Positions 54,038-63,346 are shown, counted from the stretch's first letter. The stretch: 64,000 bases of DNA from Eubacteriales bacterium (GCA_045541395.1 JAZQIZ010000031.1:3519-67518), one strand, 5' to 3'. Notes: a model not told the origin generated them from the sequence alone. Made by a program: numbers and translations.

Positions 54038-55252
54038 TTAATCCATATGAATTCCTATGCTCATTATTTCATTCAGGTCTGTATCCTTAACGTAGCACAT
54101 ACCGTTTTTGCAGTATGATATGCCGTTGCCGAAGGCTATAAGGTATTCACATTTCGTTATGCTGCCGCAGGAAATGTCGTATATAAAAGAGATATCTTCG
54201 TTACTTTCGTAATCGTAGCCGAACATACGAAATTCGGTATCACCTACCCGCATATAGGTTGAGACGCCGTCAAGCACATGCATTTTTTCAGTTTCCCGTT
54301 CATAAATAAACCCTTTTATCTTGGTTGGGTCATACTCCTCGGATTCCATATACATACCCATAACGTAATCTTCGTCCACACCGTACATCGCGCTTGTATA
54401 GGAAGCAGGAACGGTACATAAAAGCTCACCATCTGCTGATATCATGGAGGTGACACCCTCGCAATCATTATGAACGTAGCCAATGAAAGAGCTTTCGCCT
54501 TTTTTCCACCGTAAATCATTTGAAGGGTAATCCACAGAAACGGTTTTCTTGCAGCCGGGGCAATATATCTCATAAGGGCCTTCTTCCTTGCTATCCTCGT
54601 AGCTTAAGGACATATCCTTCTGCAGGTCCTCATTGTAATATTCGGAAACTCTCTTATTCCCCTCTTTAGCAGGTGTAAGAATTCTTATTACATTTCCCTT
54701 AGCTTCAATATAACCGTAATACTCCAGCACATTACGGCCGTCATCTCTTATAAGTAGAAAAGGAGAATCGTAGAGATCAAGGTATTTATCTTCAATATAC
54801 GCCTCATTCAGGCCTGTAGGGCGCACAAGATAATAAACATAGTTTTCTGTACTGAGAGCTCCACAGAATTCATAAACGGGATCGCAGATGATCTCACCGT
54901 CTAAGGTGCAAAAGCCTACCCGATCTTCCTTGTGACAGTAATTACCCTCCATGCCGCTTGCAAAACGACCGATATAGGGCATAACCGTACCATAATCATC
55001 ACTCGGAATAAACTCGCCTACAAATTCACCGTAATAGCGGGAATAGTTTTCCTGCCGCGCTTCCAGCTTTTTTATTTCATTCACGGAAAATACTATATTT
55101 CCGTTTTGGTCTTCGGTTACGTTCTGGGAAGTGGACGTTACCTGTTCAGGGTCCTGGGAAGTGGATGGGGCCTGTTCAGGCTTATTCCCAACACAGGCGC
55201 AAAGGGAAAGCAATAGCAATACCGCAAGAAAAAGTACTAAAATTTTTTTCAT
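54038..55252 (-). CDS. lipoprotein related to the C-terminal region of the 49790-52042 protein
   Basis: Lipobox-like LSLCAC. FSVNEIKKLE...SRYYGEF parallels FSVDEIKELE...SRYFDYY of the 750-aa protein. CPGCKKT Cys pair. Confidence 0.6.
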   Translation of the reverse strand: MKKILVLFLAVLLLLSLCACVGNKPEQAPSTSQDPEQVTSTSQNVTEDQNGNIVFSVNEIKKLEARQENYSRYYGEFVGEFIPSDDYGTVMPYIGRFASGMEGNYCHKEDRVGFCTLDGEIICDPVYEFCGALSTENYVYYLVRPTGLNEAYIEDKYLDLYDSPFLLIRDDGRNVLEYYGYIEAKGNVIRILTPAKEGNKRVSEYYNEDLQKDMSLSYEDSKEEGPYEIYCPGCKKTVSVDYPSNDLRWKKGESSFIGYVHNDCEGVTSMISADGELLCTVPASYTSAMYGVDEDYVMGMYMESEEYDPTKIKGFIYERETEKMHVLDGVSTYMRVGDTEFRMFGYDYESNEDISFIYDISCGSITKCEYLIAFGNGISYCKNGMCYVKDTDLNEIMSIGIHMD

Positions 55253-55305
55253 TATTACAGCCCCTTTCGGACACTTTTTTGGAGAATATTCCCTTGTTTG
55301 ATTAT

Positions 55306-55334
55306 ATTTTATATGAAAGAAAATTTGCTGTCAA
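55306..55334 (-). promoter_or_regulatory. putative promoter of the four-lipoprotein operon (TTGACA-17-TAAAAT)
   Basis: Minus strand reads TTGACA (55334-55329), a 17-nt spacer and TAAAAT (55311-55306). Confidence 0.45.
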
Positions 55335-55383
55335 CAAAAAAAATTTTATATTTTTACTTTTTTTCTTTAAATATGACAAAGCA

Positions 55384-55416
55384 GTTACAAAACGGTTACA
55401 AAACGGTTACAAATTC
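55384..55416. repeat. three tandem 11-bp direct repeats (GTTACAAAACG x2, GTTACAAATTC)
   Basis: Read directly: 55384-55394, 55395-55405 and 55406-55416. They lie 50-82 nt upstream of the putative -35. Confidence 0.9.
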
Positions 55417-55446
55417 AATTGTATTATTTTGCCAAATGTATTTATG

Positions 55447-55482
55447 TAAAAAAATTACCCTGCCGGTAACAGCGGCAGGGTA
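55447..55482 (-). terminator. rho-independent terminator of the KDG-type operon
   Basis: 10-bp stem taccctgccg (55456-55465) with cggcagggta (55473-55482). A T7 run follows on the minus strand. Confidence 0.6.
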
Positions 55483-55510
55483 AAGCCTTGGGTTTAAAAG
55501 AGGAAATAAA

Positions 55511-56503
55511 TTATTTTACGTTTTGTTTGTATTCGGGATTAAGAAGGGTTTTTAATTCCTTGCCATCTAAGAAATCTACAGCGTTGCGAGCGGCGAACAT
55601 ACCTGCATACATAACCGCATCGTTGGTATTGGCGCCGATATGGGGCTCTAAGATACAGTTTTTAATGCCTAAGAAGGGGCAATCGGGGGAAACGGGCTCT
55701 ACTCTCAGAACGTCAAGGCCTGCGCCTGCGATAGTACCGTTCTTTAAAGCTTCAGCCAGATCCTCTTCAACAATAAGAGCGCCGCGGCCTGTATTAATAA
55801 GGAAAGCGGTATCTTTCATTTTGGAAAGGAACTCTTTATCTACCATATCCCTTGTTTCATCGGTACAGGGGCAATGAAGAGAGATAACGTCGGACTCTTT
55901 AATGAGGGTCTCCATATCAACCGACTTAACGTTATACTGCTTGCCTATTTCTTCGTTGAAGTAAGGGTCGTAAGCAATAACGTGGCAGTCAAAGCCCATA
56001 AGCATTTTTGCCAAAGTCTGAGGAATACCGCCGAAGCCTATAAGGCCAACGGTTTTGTTATAAAGCTGAATACCGTTGCGGGATTCCAGGAAACGGCTCC
56101 AGTCACAATTATGAACCTCTTCGTTACCGGGAACGATGTTTCTCATAAGGCAGAGCATTAAGGTCAAAGCGCATTCTGCAACAGGGCGGTTAAAGGAACC
56201 TGCGGCATTGCATATAGCCACACCGTTTGCATTTGCGGCAGGGTAATCCATTTCGTCGGTGCCAACGCCGAAGCGGGAAAGGAGCTTCAGCTCGGGAGCG
56301 AGGTAATTGATAGTTTCAGCAGGGAGCTTTTCGCCTGCGGAGATAATTACGTTATAACCCTTTAAGCCTTCTTTGAAATCGGCGGTGTTGCGGGTCGCGA
56401 AATCGAGTAATACTGCCTCGTGGCCTGAGTTATTTATAAATTCACACATTGCTTCTCTGATGAAGCGGGGCTGCTGTTTGCCTATTATAGCTACTTTACC
56501 CAT
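55511..56503 (-). CDS. D-isomer-specific 2-hydroxyacid dehydrogenase
   Basis: GLIGFGGIPQTLA (GxGxxG) and INTGRGALIVEEDLAEALKNGTIAGAGLDV. Confidence 0.8.
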   Translation of the reverse strand: MGKVAIIGKQQPRFIREAMCEFINNSGHEAVLLDFATRNTADFKEGLKGYNVIISAGEKLPAETINYLAPELKLLSRFGVGTDEMDYPAANANGVAICNAAGSFNRPVAECALTLMLCLMRNIVPGNEEVHNCDWSRFLESRNGIQLYNKTVGLIGFGGIPQTLAKMLMGFDCHVIAYDPYFNEEIGKQYNVKSVDMETLIKESDVISLHCPCTDETRDMVDKEFLSKMKDTAFLINTGRGALIVEEDLAEALKNGTIAGAGLDVLRVEPVSPDCPFLGIKNCILEPHIGANTNDAVMYAGMFAARNAVDFLDGKELKTLLNPEYKQNVK

Positions 56504-56516
56504 TGTTTATTCCTCC

Positions 56517-57203
56517 TTAGGGGATAATAGGAAGGTCTTTTTTAGCTTCCTGAACCTTTTCAATGAAAGCGGCAACCTGCTTGGTGATCCAGCCGAGACC
56601 TTCTTTTTCGATCATATCAAAATTCATAAAGGTACGGGCACCGCTTACTGCGCAGGCACCTGCCTTAATGAAATCGGCGCAGTTATCAAGGTTGATACCG
56701 CCGGAGGGAATGAGGTTTACGTCGGGGAACACCATTTTAAGGTTGGTCATATACTTAGCGCCGCCAACGCCGCCGGGGAATATTTTAACCATAGTAGCGC
56801 CTGCGCGCATTGCGGTGAATACTTCGGTTGCGGTAAATGCGCCGGAGAAGGTAGGAACGTTGTAACGGTTTGCAACGTCTAAAACGTCCTCAACGATGCA
56901 GGGGTTAACAATAATGCTGCCGCCGTGTAAAATAACTTCTCTTGCAGTTGTTGCATCCAGAACGGTGCCTGCGGCAACCAGCATCTCCTTGCCGAAATGG
57001 GAGGAGATAGCTTCAATGGCGTCTAAAGCATAAGGGGTCGTCATAGTAACCTCAACGGCTCTTGCACCGCCGTCATACATAGCCTGAGCGTATTTGATCC
57101 AATCTGCCTTTTCATGGAGCTTGATGCAGGGCAGAACGCCTGTTTCCTTAATGCGGCGGACGGTATATTCTCTTAAGGTTTCATCACTTCTGTTCATTTT
57201 CAT
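56517..57203 (-). CDS. eda: 2-dehydro-3-deoxyphosphogluconate (KDPG) aldolase family
   Basis: GGARAVEVTMTTP, AAGTVL, VKIFPG and IPSGGINLDN motifs. Confidence 0.75.
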   Translation of the reverse strand: MKMNRSDETLREYTVRRIKETGVLPCIKLHEKADWIKYAQAMYDGGARAVEVTMTTPYALDAIEAISSHFGKEMLVAAGTVLDATTAREVILHGGSIIVNPCIVEDVLDVANRYNVPTFSGAFTATEVFTAMRAGATMVKIFPGGVGGAKYMTNLKMVFPDVNLIPSGGINLDNCADFIKAGACAVSGARTFMNFDMIEKEGLGWITKQVAAFIEKVQEAKKDLPIIP

Positions 57204-57207
57204 ATCC

Positions 57208-57657
57208 TCACTTAATTTTTATTTTAACAATGAGCTTATTAATAAAGCAGGGCTCATCATTTACGGCAACACAGGGCTGATGGGAATCATCAGGCAGGGT
57301 TATCATAAAGTAATTTACGGGCATGGTTAAAACGTCACCCTTGCCTTCAAGAAGGTAAGCGTCGGCCTTTTCATCATAGCTTACTTCCTTAAGGGTGGCT
57401 TTATGGGCATAGCCAATACCCTCAAGGCCTTCGGCAACAAAATGGATATCCACGTAATCTCTGTGAGCTTCAAAGGGGCAATCCTTTAAAAGCTTGGTGT
57501 TGCAGGGACGAACGCGAACTAAAATATCTTCATTAATAACAATATCTTCTTCCTTGGGGTTTTCATCCTTATACTGAGCAAGAAAATCCAGTGCGGTTTT
57601 ATAATCTTCGCCTAAGCCGTAATAAAGATGACGGTTATCTATATGGTCTATAATCAT
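57208..57657 (-). CDS. YhcH/YjgK/YiaL (DUF386) family protein
   Basis: FEAHRDYVDIHFVAEGLEGIGY motif. Start moved to the ATG at 57657 (AGGAGA ribosome-binding site). Confidence 0.7.
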   Translation of the reverse strand: MIIDHIDNRHLYYGLGEDYKTALDFLAQYKDENPKEEDIVINEDILVRVRPCNTKLLKDCPFEAHRDYVDIHFVAEGLEGIGYAHKATLKEVSYDEKADAYLLEGKGDVLTMPVNYFMITLPDDSHQPCVAVNDEPCFINKLIVKIKIK

Positions 57658-57670
57658 TTTAATATCTCCT

Positions 57671-58690
57671 TTATCTCTGAACTCTGCCTGAGCCGCCGCC
57701 TGCAAGCATTGCATTTACTTCGTCTAAGGTAACCAGGTTATAGTCGCCCATAATTGTCTGCTTCAAAGCGGAAGCGGCAACCGCAAATTCACCTGTACGC
57801 TCCAAGGAATAGCCGGAAAGGAGCCCGAAGATCATTGCTGCGCTGAAGGAAGCGCCACCGCCGCCTCTGTCTACAAGATGGATGGTATAGCGGGTGGTCT
57901 CATAAAATTCCTCGCCGTTATAAAGCAGAGCTGCCCAGGTATTTTCCGAAGCATTGGAGCCTTCTCGCAAAGTAGAGGCAATAAACTTAAAGCCAAAGCG
58001 CTCCTTAAGCTCCTTAAAGGCCTGTTCGTATTCTTCGCGGCTATGGTTAAACATACCGTGGCCTACCTTGGCAAACTGAAGGCCCAGCATTTTATCCGCA
58101 TCCTCAAGGCCGCCGATGCAAACGTCAACGTACTCCATTAAAGGAACCATTACCTCTTTGGCCTTTTCTACTGTCCATAATTTAGCTCTGTAGTTAAGGT
58201 CACAGGAAACAGTAACACCGTGTTTCTTTGCACATTTTACAGCTTCCATTGTAAACTCAGCGGCCGCATCGGAAATAGCAGGGGTAATACCTGCAAAATG
58301 GAACCAATCGGCACCTTCAAAGGCAGAGTCAAAATCAAAATCGGAAGCTTTGGCGGTAGATATTGCGGAATTCTTTCTATCATAAATTACAACGGAGGGG
58401 CGTACAGCCGCGCCGTTTTCATAAAAGTTAAGGCCCAGTCTTTCACCGCCGCGGGCAATATAGCTTGTATCTACACCCTGCATTCTTAATTTCTGAATAC
58501 AGATATCGCCTAACTGGTTTTCGGGCAGCTTGGTAATATAAATACTGTTTGCGCCGAAACGGGCAAGTGAGGTTGCAACAATGCTTTCATCGCCGCCGTA
58601 ATAGGCTTCAAAGCTGTCTACCTGCTCAAAGCGCTTGTTACCTGCGGGCATAAAGCGGATCATCATTTCCCCTAAGGTTACTACTTTCAT
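57671..58690 (-). CDS. kdgK: 2-dehydro-3-deoxygluconokinase (PfkB family)
   Basis: MKVVTLGEMMIRFMP N-terminus. PfkB fold with a C-terminal VDRGGGGASFSAA nucleotide site. Confidence 0.75.
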   Translation of the reverse strand: MKVVTLGEMMIRFMPAGNKRFEQVDSFEAYYGGDESIVATSLARFGANSIYITKLPENQLGDICIQKLRMQGVDTSYIARGGERLGLNFYENGAAVRPSVVIYDRKNSAISTAKASDFDFDSAFEGADWFHFAGITPAISDAAAEFTMEAVKCAKKHGVTVSCDLNYRAKLWTVEKAKEVMVPLMEYVDVCIGGLEDADKMLGLQFAKVGHGMFNHSREEYEQAFKELKERFGFKFIASTLREGSNASENTWAALLYNGEEFYETTRYTIHLVDRGGGGASFSAAMIFGLLSGYSLERTGEFAVAASALKQTIMGDYNLVTLDEVNAMLAGGGSGRVQR

Positions 58691-58724
58691 AAGCGTTCTC
58701 CTTTTATTTTAATTAAAATTAATA

Positions 58725-59540
58725 TCAGGTCTTGCCGTAGCCTTCTTTAAAGTAAATACGGCCTGCTTTAACCCAACGGTCCTCTATTTCGATCATTTTT
58801 TTGGTATCCTTTATGTGCAGATACATATTTGCCGCCTTTTCCACTACCTGAGCGCAAACCTTTGCTTCTGCAAGGGAGGAACCAACACAAACGGGGCCGT
58901 GATTTCTTATTAAAACTGCGTTGGCTTCGCCGATAGAATCGGTTACCACCTCGCCTAATTCAACGTGCTTTTCGGAAGGCACGAAGCGGTAAGAAAGAGG
59001 AATTCCGCCGCCCAAAAGCTGACACATTTCTTCCGACATAGGAGGAATGCCACCTTCAATACAGCAGCAGGCCATTGCATAAGGGGAATGGCTGTGCACT
59101 ATTGCGTTTACATCTGCACGGCGGTTCATAATGCCTCTGTGAAGCTCCCTTTCGCTTGTAGGAAGCCTGAAACCGTCTACAATCTTACCGTCCGGCGCCA
59201 TTACTACAAGATCTTCCGGCTTCATTACGTGATAGCCTACCTTGGAGGGGGTAATTAAAATATTGCCGTCATTAAGACGAATACTTACGTTGCCCCAGGT
59301 ACCTATTGTAAGGCCCATTTGCTCAAGCCAAAGGCAGGTATCTATTACCGACTGCCTTGTTTCTTTAGAATCCTCAGGAAGGGCCTTGGCATCCTTTGCG
59401 GGCTCTTCAAATTCTATTTTAATTCCATGGTCTGACGCCCAGTCCTTTGCCGAAGGGGTAAGGATAGTACCCTTAGGCACCACTATTCTGGGGGCAGACG
59501 AAAAATGCTTTATATCTTCTAAGGTTATAAGTTCCGCCAT
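58725..59540 (-). CDS. class II aldolase/adducin-family protein with a ~55-aa N-terminal extension
   Basis: Core motifs GNVSIR...ITPS and HSHSPYA. The extra N-terminus is ELITLEDIKHF...VVPKGTILTPSAKDWASDHGIKIEF. Confidence 0.7.
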   Translation of the reverse strand: MAELITLEDIKHFSSAPRIVVPKGTILTPSAKDWASDHGIKIEFEEPAKDAKALPEDSKETRQSVIDTCLWLEQMGLTIGTWGNVSIRLNDGNILITPSKVGYHVMKPEDLVVMAPDGKIVDGFRLPTSERELHRGIMNRRADVNAIVHSHSPYAMACCCIEGGIPPMSEEMCQLLGGGIPLSYRFVPSEKHVELGEVVTDSIGEANAVLIRNHGPVCVGSSLAEAKVCAQVVEKAANMYLHIKDTKKMIEIEDRWVKAGRIYFKEGYGKT

Positions 59541-59563
59541 TTTTTATCTCCTTTTTTTATTTT

Positions 59564-59581
59564 TGCGTAACCGATTACGCA
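59564..59581. promoter_or_regulatory. LacI-type operator TGCGTAACCGATTACGCA
   Basis: 18-bp near-palindrome (7-bp arms TGCGTAA/TTACGCA). It lies between a minus-strand TTGACA-17-TAGAAT promoter (59640-59612) and the aldolase ribosome-binding site. The LacI gene is divergent. Confidence 0.6.
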
Positions 59582-59709
59582 AAGCGTACAATTACAATAT
59601 AATACTTTGTAATTCTAACACAACGGGGCTCTTATGTCAATACGGCTATTGACTAAATACGGGAGGATAAAGTATAATAAAATCACAGTATTTTACGGAG
59701 TTAAGCAAT

Positions 59710-60750
59710 ATGACAAAAACGGGTAAGGTTACAATTTATGATATAGCCGAAAAATCGGGAGTCTCGGTGGCCACGGTTAACCGGGCATTGAATGACCGCG
59801 ACCGAATAAGCGAAAGCACCAGAAAGAAGGTGCTTTTGGCGGCGCAGGAATTAGGCTATAAGGCAAATAGAGCGGCGCAGTCTCTAAGGCGCAACCCTAT
59901 TCATATAGGGGTACTGCTTTGCTGCCCGGTAAGCAACTGCCTGAATGAAATTAAAAGAGGCATTGTAAGCGGATTTGAGGCCCTTGCCCAGTACAACGTA
60001 TTTTCGGATATACGCTGTATTGTTGGCTGTAATGCTTCGGATAAATATGAAGAAGTAAGCGGCATAATTTCCGAGTTTGAAAGCAAGGGTTACGGCGGAA
60101 TGATACTTTTCCTTTCGGGTGATACCGCCCTTTTTGAAAAGCAGATAACTGCCGCCAGCACCAAAATACCCGTTGCCTCTATTGCCAATGCCACCGCTTC
60201 GGGGCAGATATCCGTTACAGCAGACGGGTACTGTGCAGGCAGGCTTGCGGCGGAGCTTTTAAACCTTGCGGCAAAAAAGAGGCGCACTGCGGTTATTGCA
60301 GGCAACCTAAGAACACCTATTCACGCCTCCAACATTCAGGGCTTTCTTTCCTTTGGGAAGGAGCATAATTTTGCCCTTACGGATATTTACGAGCACGATG
60401 ACGAGCCTAATAAATTTGAAAGGACCGTAAAGGAGGTATTCAATAAAGAGTACGACGGAATATATATTACCTCCTCGGTTGAAAAGACCACCGCCGATAT
60501 TATAAAAGCAGAAGCTAAGGGCAAGGATATTTCTATAGTATGTACCGACCTTTACCCTGAGACCCGCGCACTTTTAAAGGAAGAGATAATAAGCGCCACT
60601 ATTTTTCAGGATCAGTTCAAGCAAGGGAAAACCGTTGTTAAGCGGCTTTATGAATATATTTGCGATAAGACCGGCGAAGGCAACCTGCTGTTGCTTCCGG
60701 GCCTTGTTTTCTCTTCGGATATGGAGAAATACCCGCAGGATGAGCTGTAA
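59710..60750 (+). CDS. LacI-family transcriptional regulator
   Basis: VTIYDIAEKSGVSVATVNRALN...ELGYKANRAAQSL HTH and a sugar-binding domain. TTGACT-18-TATAAT at 59649-59678. Confidence 0.85.
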   Translation: MTKTGKVTIYDIAEKSGVSVATVNRALNDRDRISESTRKKVLLAAQELGYKANRAAQSLRRNPIHIGVLLCCPVSNCLNEIKRGIVSGFEALAQYNVFSDIRCIVGCNASDKYEEVSGIISEFESKGYGGMILFLSGDTALFEKQITAASTKIPVASIANATASGQISVTADGYCAGRLAAELLNLAAKKRRTAVIAGNLRTPIHASNIQGFLSFGKEHNFALTDIYEHDDEPNKFERTVKEVFNKEYDGIYITSSVEKTTADIIKAEAKGKDISIVCTDLYPETRALLKEEIISATIFQDQFKQGKTVVKRLYEYICDKTGEGNLLLLPGLVFSSDMEKYPQDEL

Positions 60751-60751
60751 A

Positions 60752-60785
60752 AATAAAACCTCTCTTAAAAAGAGAGGTTTTTTAT
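60752..60785. terminator. bidirectional terminator
   Basis: Stem aacctctct (60757-60765) with agagaggtt (60771-60779), followed by a T-run. Confidence 0.6.
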
Positions 60786-60979
60786 TATGCTATAGAAATT
60801 ACGTCAAAGCCTAAATCTTCAACGGTCTCCTTTAAAAGGGCTTCGTTTTCAACACCCTCTACGGTGGCGGTTGCGCTTTCCAGGTCTACCTTTACGGTGG
60901 CACCTAAGGCAGTCAGAGCCTTTTCAACTCTTGCAACACAGTTCATGCAATGCATGCCTTCGATTTTTAAAGTTTTCAT
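60785..60979 (-). CDS. copZ: copper chaperone CopZ (HMA domain)
   Basis: 64 aa with GMHCMNCV metal-binding motif. Confidence 0.85.
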   Translation of the reverse strand: MKTLKIEGMHCMNCVARVEKALTALGATVKVDLESATATVEGVENEALLKETVEDLGFDVISIA

Positions 60980-60991
60980 ATGCTTTCTCCT

Positions 60992-63235
60992 TTATTTGAG
61001 TATTTTATATAATCTTAACGCATTGGTTACAACAAAAAGTGAGCTTAGGCTCATTGCGGCGGCGCCTATCATTGGATTTAAAGTTATGCCGATAAAGGAG
61101 AAAACTCCTGCCGCAAGGGGGATACCAAGGGTATTATAAAAGAATGCCCAGAAAAGATTTTGCTTAATATTGCGAATAGTCTTTTTACTGAATCTTACCG
61201 CCCTTGCTACGTCCAGAGGATCATCCTTCATTAAAACGATATCGGCGCTGTCTATGGCAATATCAGTGCCGGCCCCAAGGGCAATGCCTATATGAGCGCG
61301 CATTAAAGCGGGAGCATCGTTTATACCGTCACCTACCATTGCTACCTTCTTGCCGCTTTCCATTAAGGCGGCAATATTCTTTTCCTTATCCTGCGGGAGG
61401 ACCTGAGCAATTACCTGAGAAATACCTAAGGTTTTGGCAATAGCATTGGCGGCGCCTTTGGAATCTCCCGTAAGCATAACGGTTTCTATGCCCATACCCT
61501 TAAGGTCCTCTATTGCCTTCAGGGCGGTTTCCCTTACGGTGTCTGCCACGGCAATAAGCCCTAAGCTTAAGCCTTCACAGCCAAAGAACATAACAGTCTT
61601 ACCCTGAGAGGAAAGCTCCTCTGCCTTTTGGGAAAGGGCGCTGATATCAATATTACATTCTTCCATAAAGGCTTTATTGCCGCCTACAACGGTTTTATTT
61701 AATATTACGCCCCTTACTCCCCTGCCGGATACTGCCTCAAAGGCTTCTACCGGAACAAGCTCCCCTTCAAAGCGATTTGTTACTGCCTTGGAAAGAGGAT
61801 GTTCACTGCCCGCTTCAACCGAAGCGGCAAGCCTTAAAAGGGCGCCTTCTTCAACGCCTGCCGCAGGGAATATATCGGTTACCTGAGGCTTGCCTTTGGT
61901 AAGGGTGCCTGTTTTATCTAAAACCACTGTATCTACGGTATGGAGCCCCTCAAGGGCCTGAGCGCTTTTTATAAGAATGCCGAAGGAAGCGCATTTGCCC
62001 GAAGCCACGGTTATGGCAACGGGTGTTGCAAGGCCTAAAGCGCAGGGGCAGGAAATAACAAGAACGGAAATTGCAAAGGAAAGGGCTTGCTCAAAAGAGG
62101 CGCCTATTATAAGCCATACAATAAAGGTTATAAGGGCAATGCTCATTACCACCGGCACAAACACACCGCTTATTTTATCGGCCAGCCTTGCAATAGGGGC
62201 TTTGGAGGCCGAAGCGTCTTCCATAAGCTTTATTATCTGAGAAAGGGTAGTATCGCCGCCGACCTTAAGAGCTTTGATCTTTAGAAGGCCGCTTTGGTTT
62301 ATGGTAGCGCTTATAACGTTATCGCCAACGGTTTTATCTACAGGAATGCTTTCGCCGGTAATGGCGGCTTCATCTACAGCGCTTGCGCCTTCTGTTACAA
62401 TACCGTCCACAGGTACAGAGGCGCCGGGTTTAACGGTAACAATATCGCCTACTAAAATATTTTCGGCTTCAATTTCCATTTCAATGCCGTTTCTTTCAAC
62501 TACTGCGGTTTTAACCGAAAGGTCCTTAAGCTTATTTATAGCCTGACCTGTTTTGCCTTTGGAACGCTCCTCTAAGGTTTTGCCGACTGTAACAAGGGTT
62601 AGTATCATTGCCGCAGACTCGAAATACAAATTGGAAATATACTTTGCGGTAATTTCGGGAGCGTTGTTGCCAATACCGTAGGCTATCATATAAATAGCGA
62701 AAACCCCGTAAAGCAATGCGGCAAAAGAGCCTACCGCAACAAGGCTGTCCATATTGGGGGACTTATTCCATATAGCCTTAAAGCCAACAATATAAAACTT
62801 ACGGTTTAAATAAATTACAGGCAAGGTAAGAAGAAACTGCGTAAAGGCAAAGGCAACGCCGTTTTTCTCGCCATGCAAAAAGGAAGGCAACGGAGCGCCT
62901 ATCATATGGCCCATAGAAACGTACATTAAAATTACAAGAAAAACAACCGAAAGAATAAGCCTTGTTTTCATATTCCCAAAGGCCTCTTCCTTATTTTCCT
63001 TAGGAGCTTCTTTTTTCTTTTCTGTTATGGGAGTGGCGCCAAATCCTGCCTTTGCAACGGCGGTTATAATTGCTTCTTCCGTAACCAAAGCTTCATCGTA
63101 CTTGCAAAAAAGAACCTTTGCAAGAAGATTTACCTGGGCGCTTTCCATACCCTTTATTCTTCCTACAACTCTCTCAACCGAAGCCGAACAAGCCGCGCAG
63201 CTCATTCCCTCTACATTAAACTTCTGTTCTTTCAC
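60992..63235 (-). CDS. copA: copper-translocating P1B-type ATPase
   Basis: GTG start. N-terminal GMSCAACS HMA domain. CPC (SCPCALGLATP), DKTGTLT and GDGINDAP motifs. Confidence 0.92.
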   Translation of the reverse strand: MKEQKFNVEGMSCAACSASVERVVGRIKGMESAQVNLLAKVLFCKYDEALVTEEAIITAVAKAGFGATPITEKKKEAPKENKEEAFGNMKTRLILSVVFLVILMYVSMGHMIGAPLPSFLHGEKNGVAFAFTQFLLTLPVIYLNRKFYIVGFKAIWNKSPNMDSLVAVGSFAALLYGVFAIYMIAYGIGNNAPEITAKYISNLYFESAAMILTLVTVGKTLEERSKGKTGQAINKLKDLSVKTAVVERNGIEMEIEAENILVGDIVTVKPGASVPVDGIVTEGASAVDEAAITGESIPVDKTVGDNVISATINQSGLLKIKALKVGGDTTLSQIIKLMEDASASKAPIARLADKISGVFVPVVMSIALITFIVWLIIGASFEQALSFAISVLVISCPCALGLATPVAITVASGKCASFGILIKSAQALEGLHTVDTVVLDKTGTLTKGKPQVTDIFPAAGVEEGALLRLAASVEAGSEHPLSKAVTNRFEGELVPVEAFEAVSGRGVRGVILNKTVVGGNKAFMEECNIDISALSQKAEELSSQGKTVMFFGCEGLSLGLIAVADTVRETALKAIEDLKGMGIETVMLTGDSKGAANAIAKTLGISQVIAQVLPQDKEKNIAALMESGKKVAMVGDGINDAPALMRAHIGIALGAGTDIAIDSADIVLMKDDPLDVARAVRFSKKTIRNIKQNLFWAFFYNTLGIPLAAGVFSFIGITLNPMIGAAAMSLSSLFVVTNALRLYKILK

Positions 63236-63319
63236 TTTACCACCTCGAATTTATACCTAATTTAAATACATTTATTGTACCACATATCTATTTTATTTTC
63301 CATAACAAAATAAAATAAA

Positions 63320-63341
63320 AAGACGGAATTTCTTCCGTCTT
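63320..63341 (-). terminator. terminator after the GH127-like gene
   Basis: Stem aagacggaa (63320-63328) with ttccgtctt (63333-63341). T/A-rich tail on the minus strand. Confidence 0.5.
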
Positions 63342-63346
63342 TTATG

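Noticed and set aside
63250-63290. Possible cop-box upstream of copA (TACA-ATAAA-TGTA)
   Set aside because: The canonical CopY box is TACAnnTGTA (2-nt spacer), whereas here the spacer is 5 nt. There is no CopY or CsoR gene adjacent. The match is easily a chance event in AT-rich DNA.
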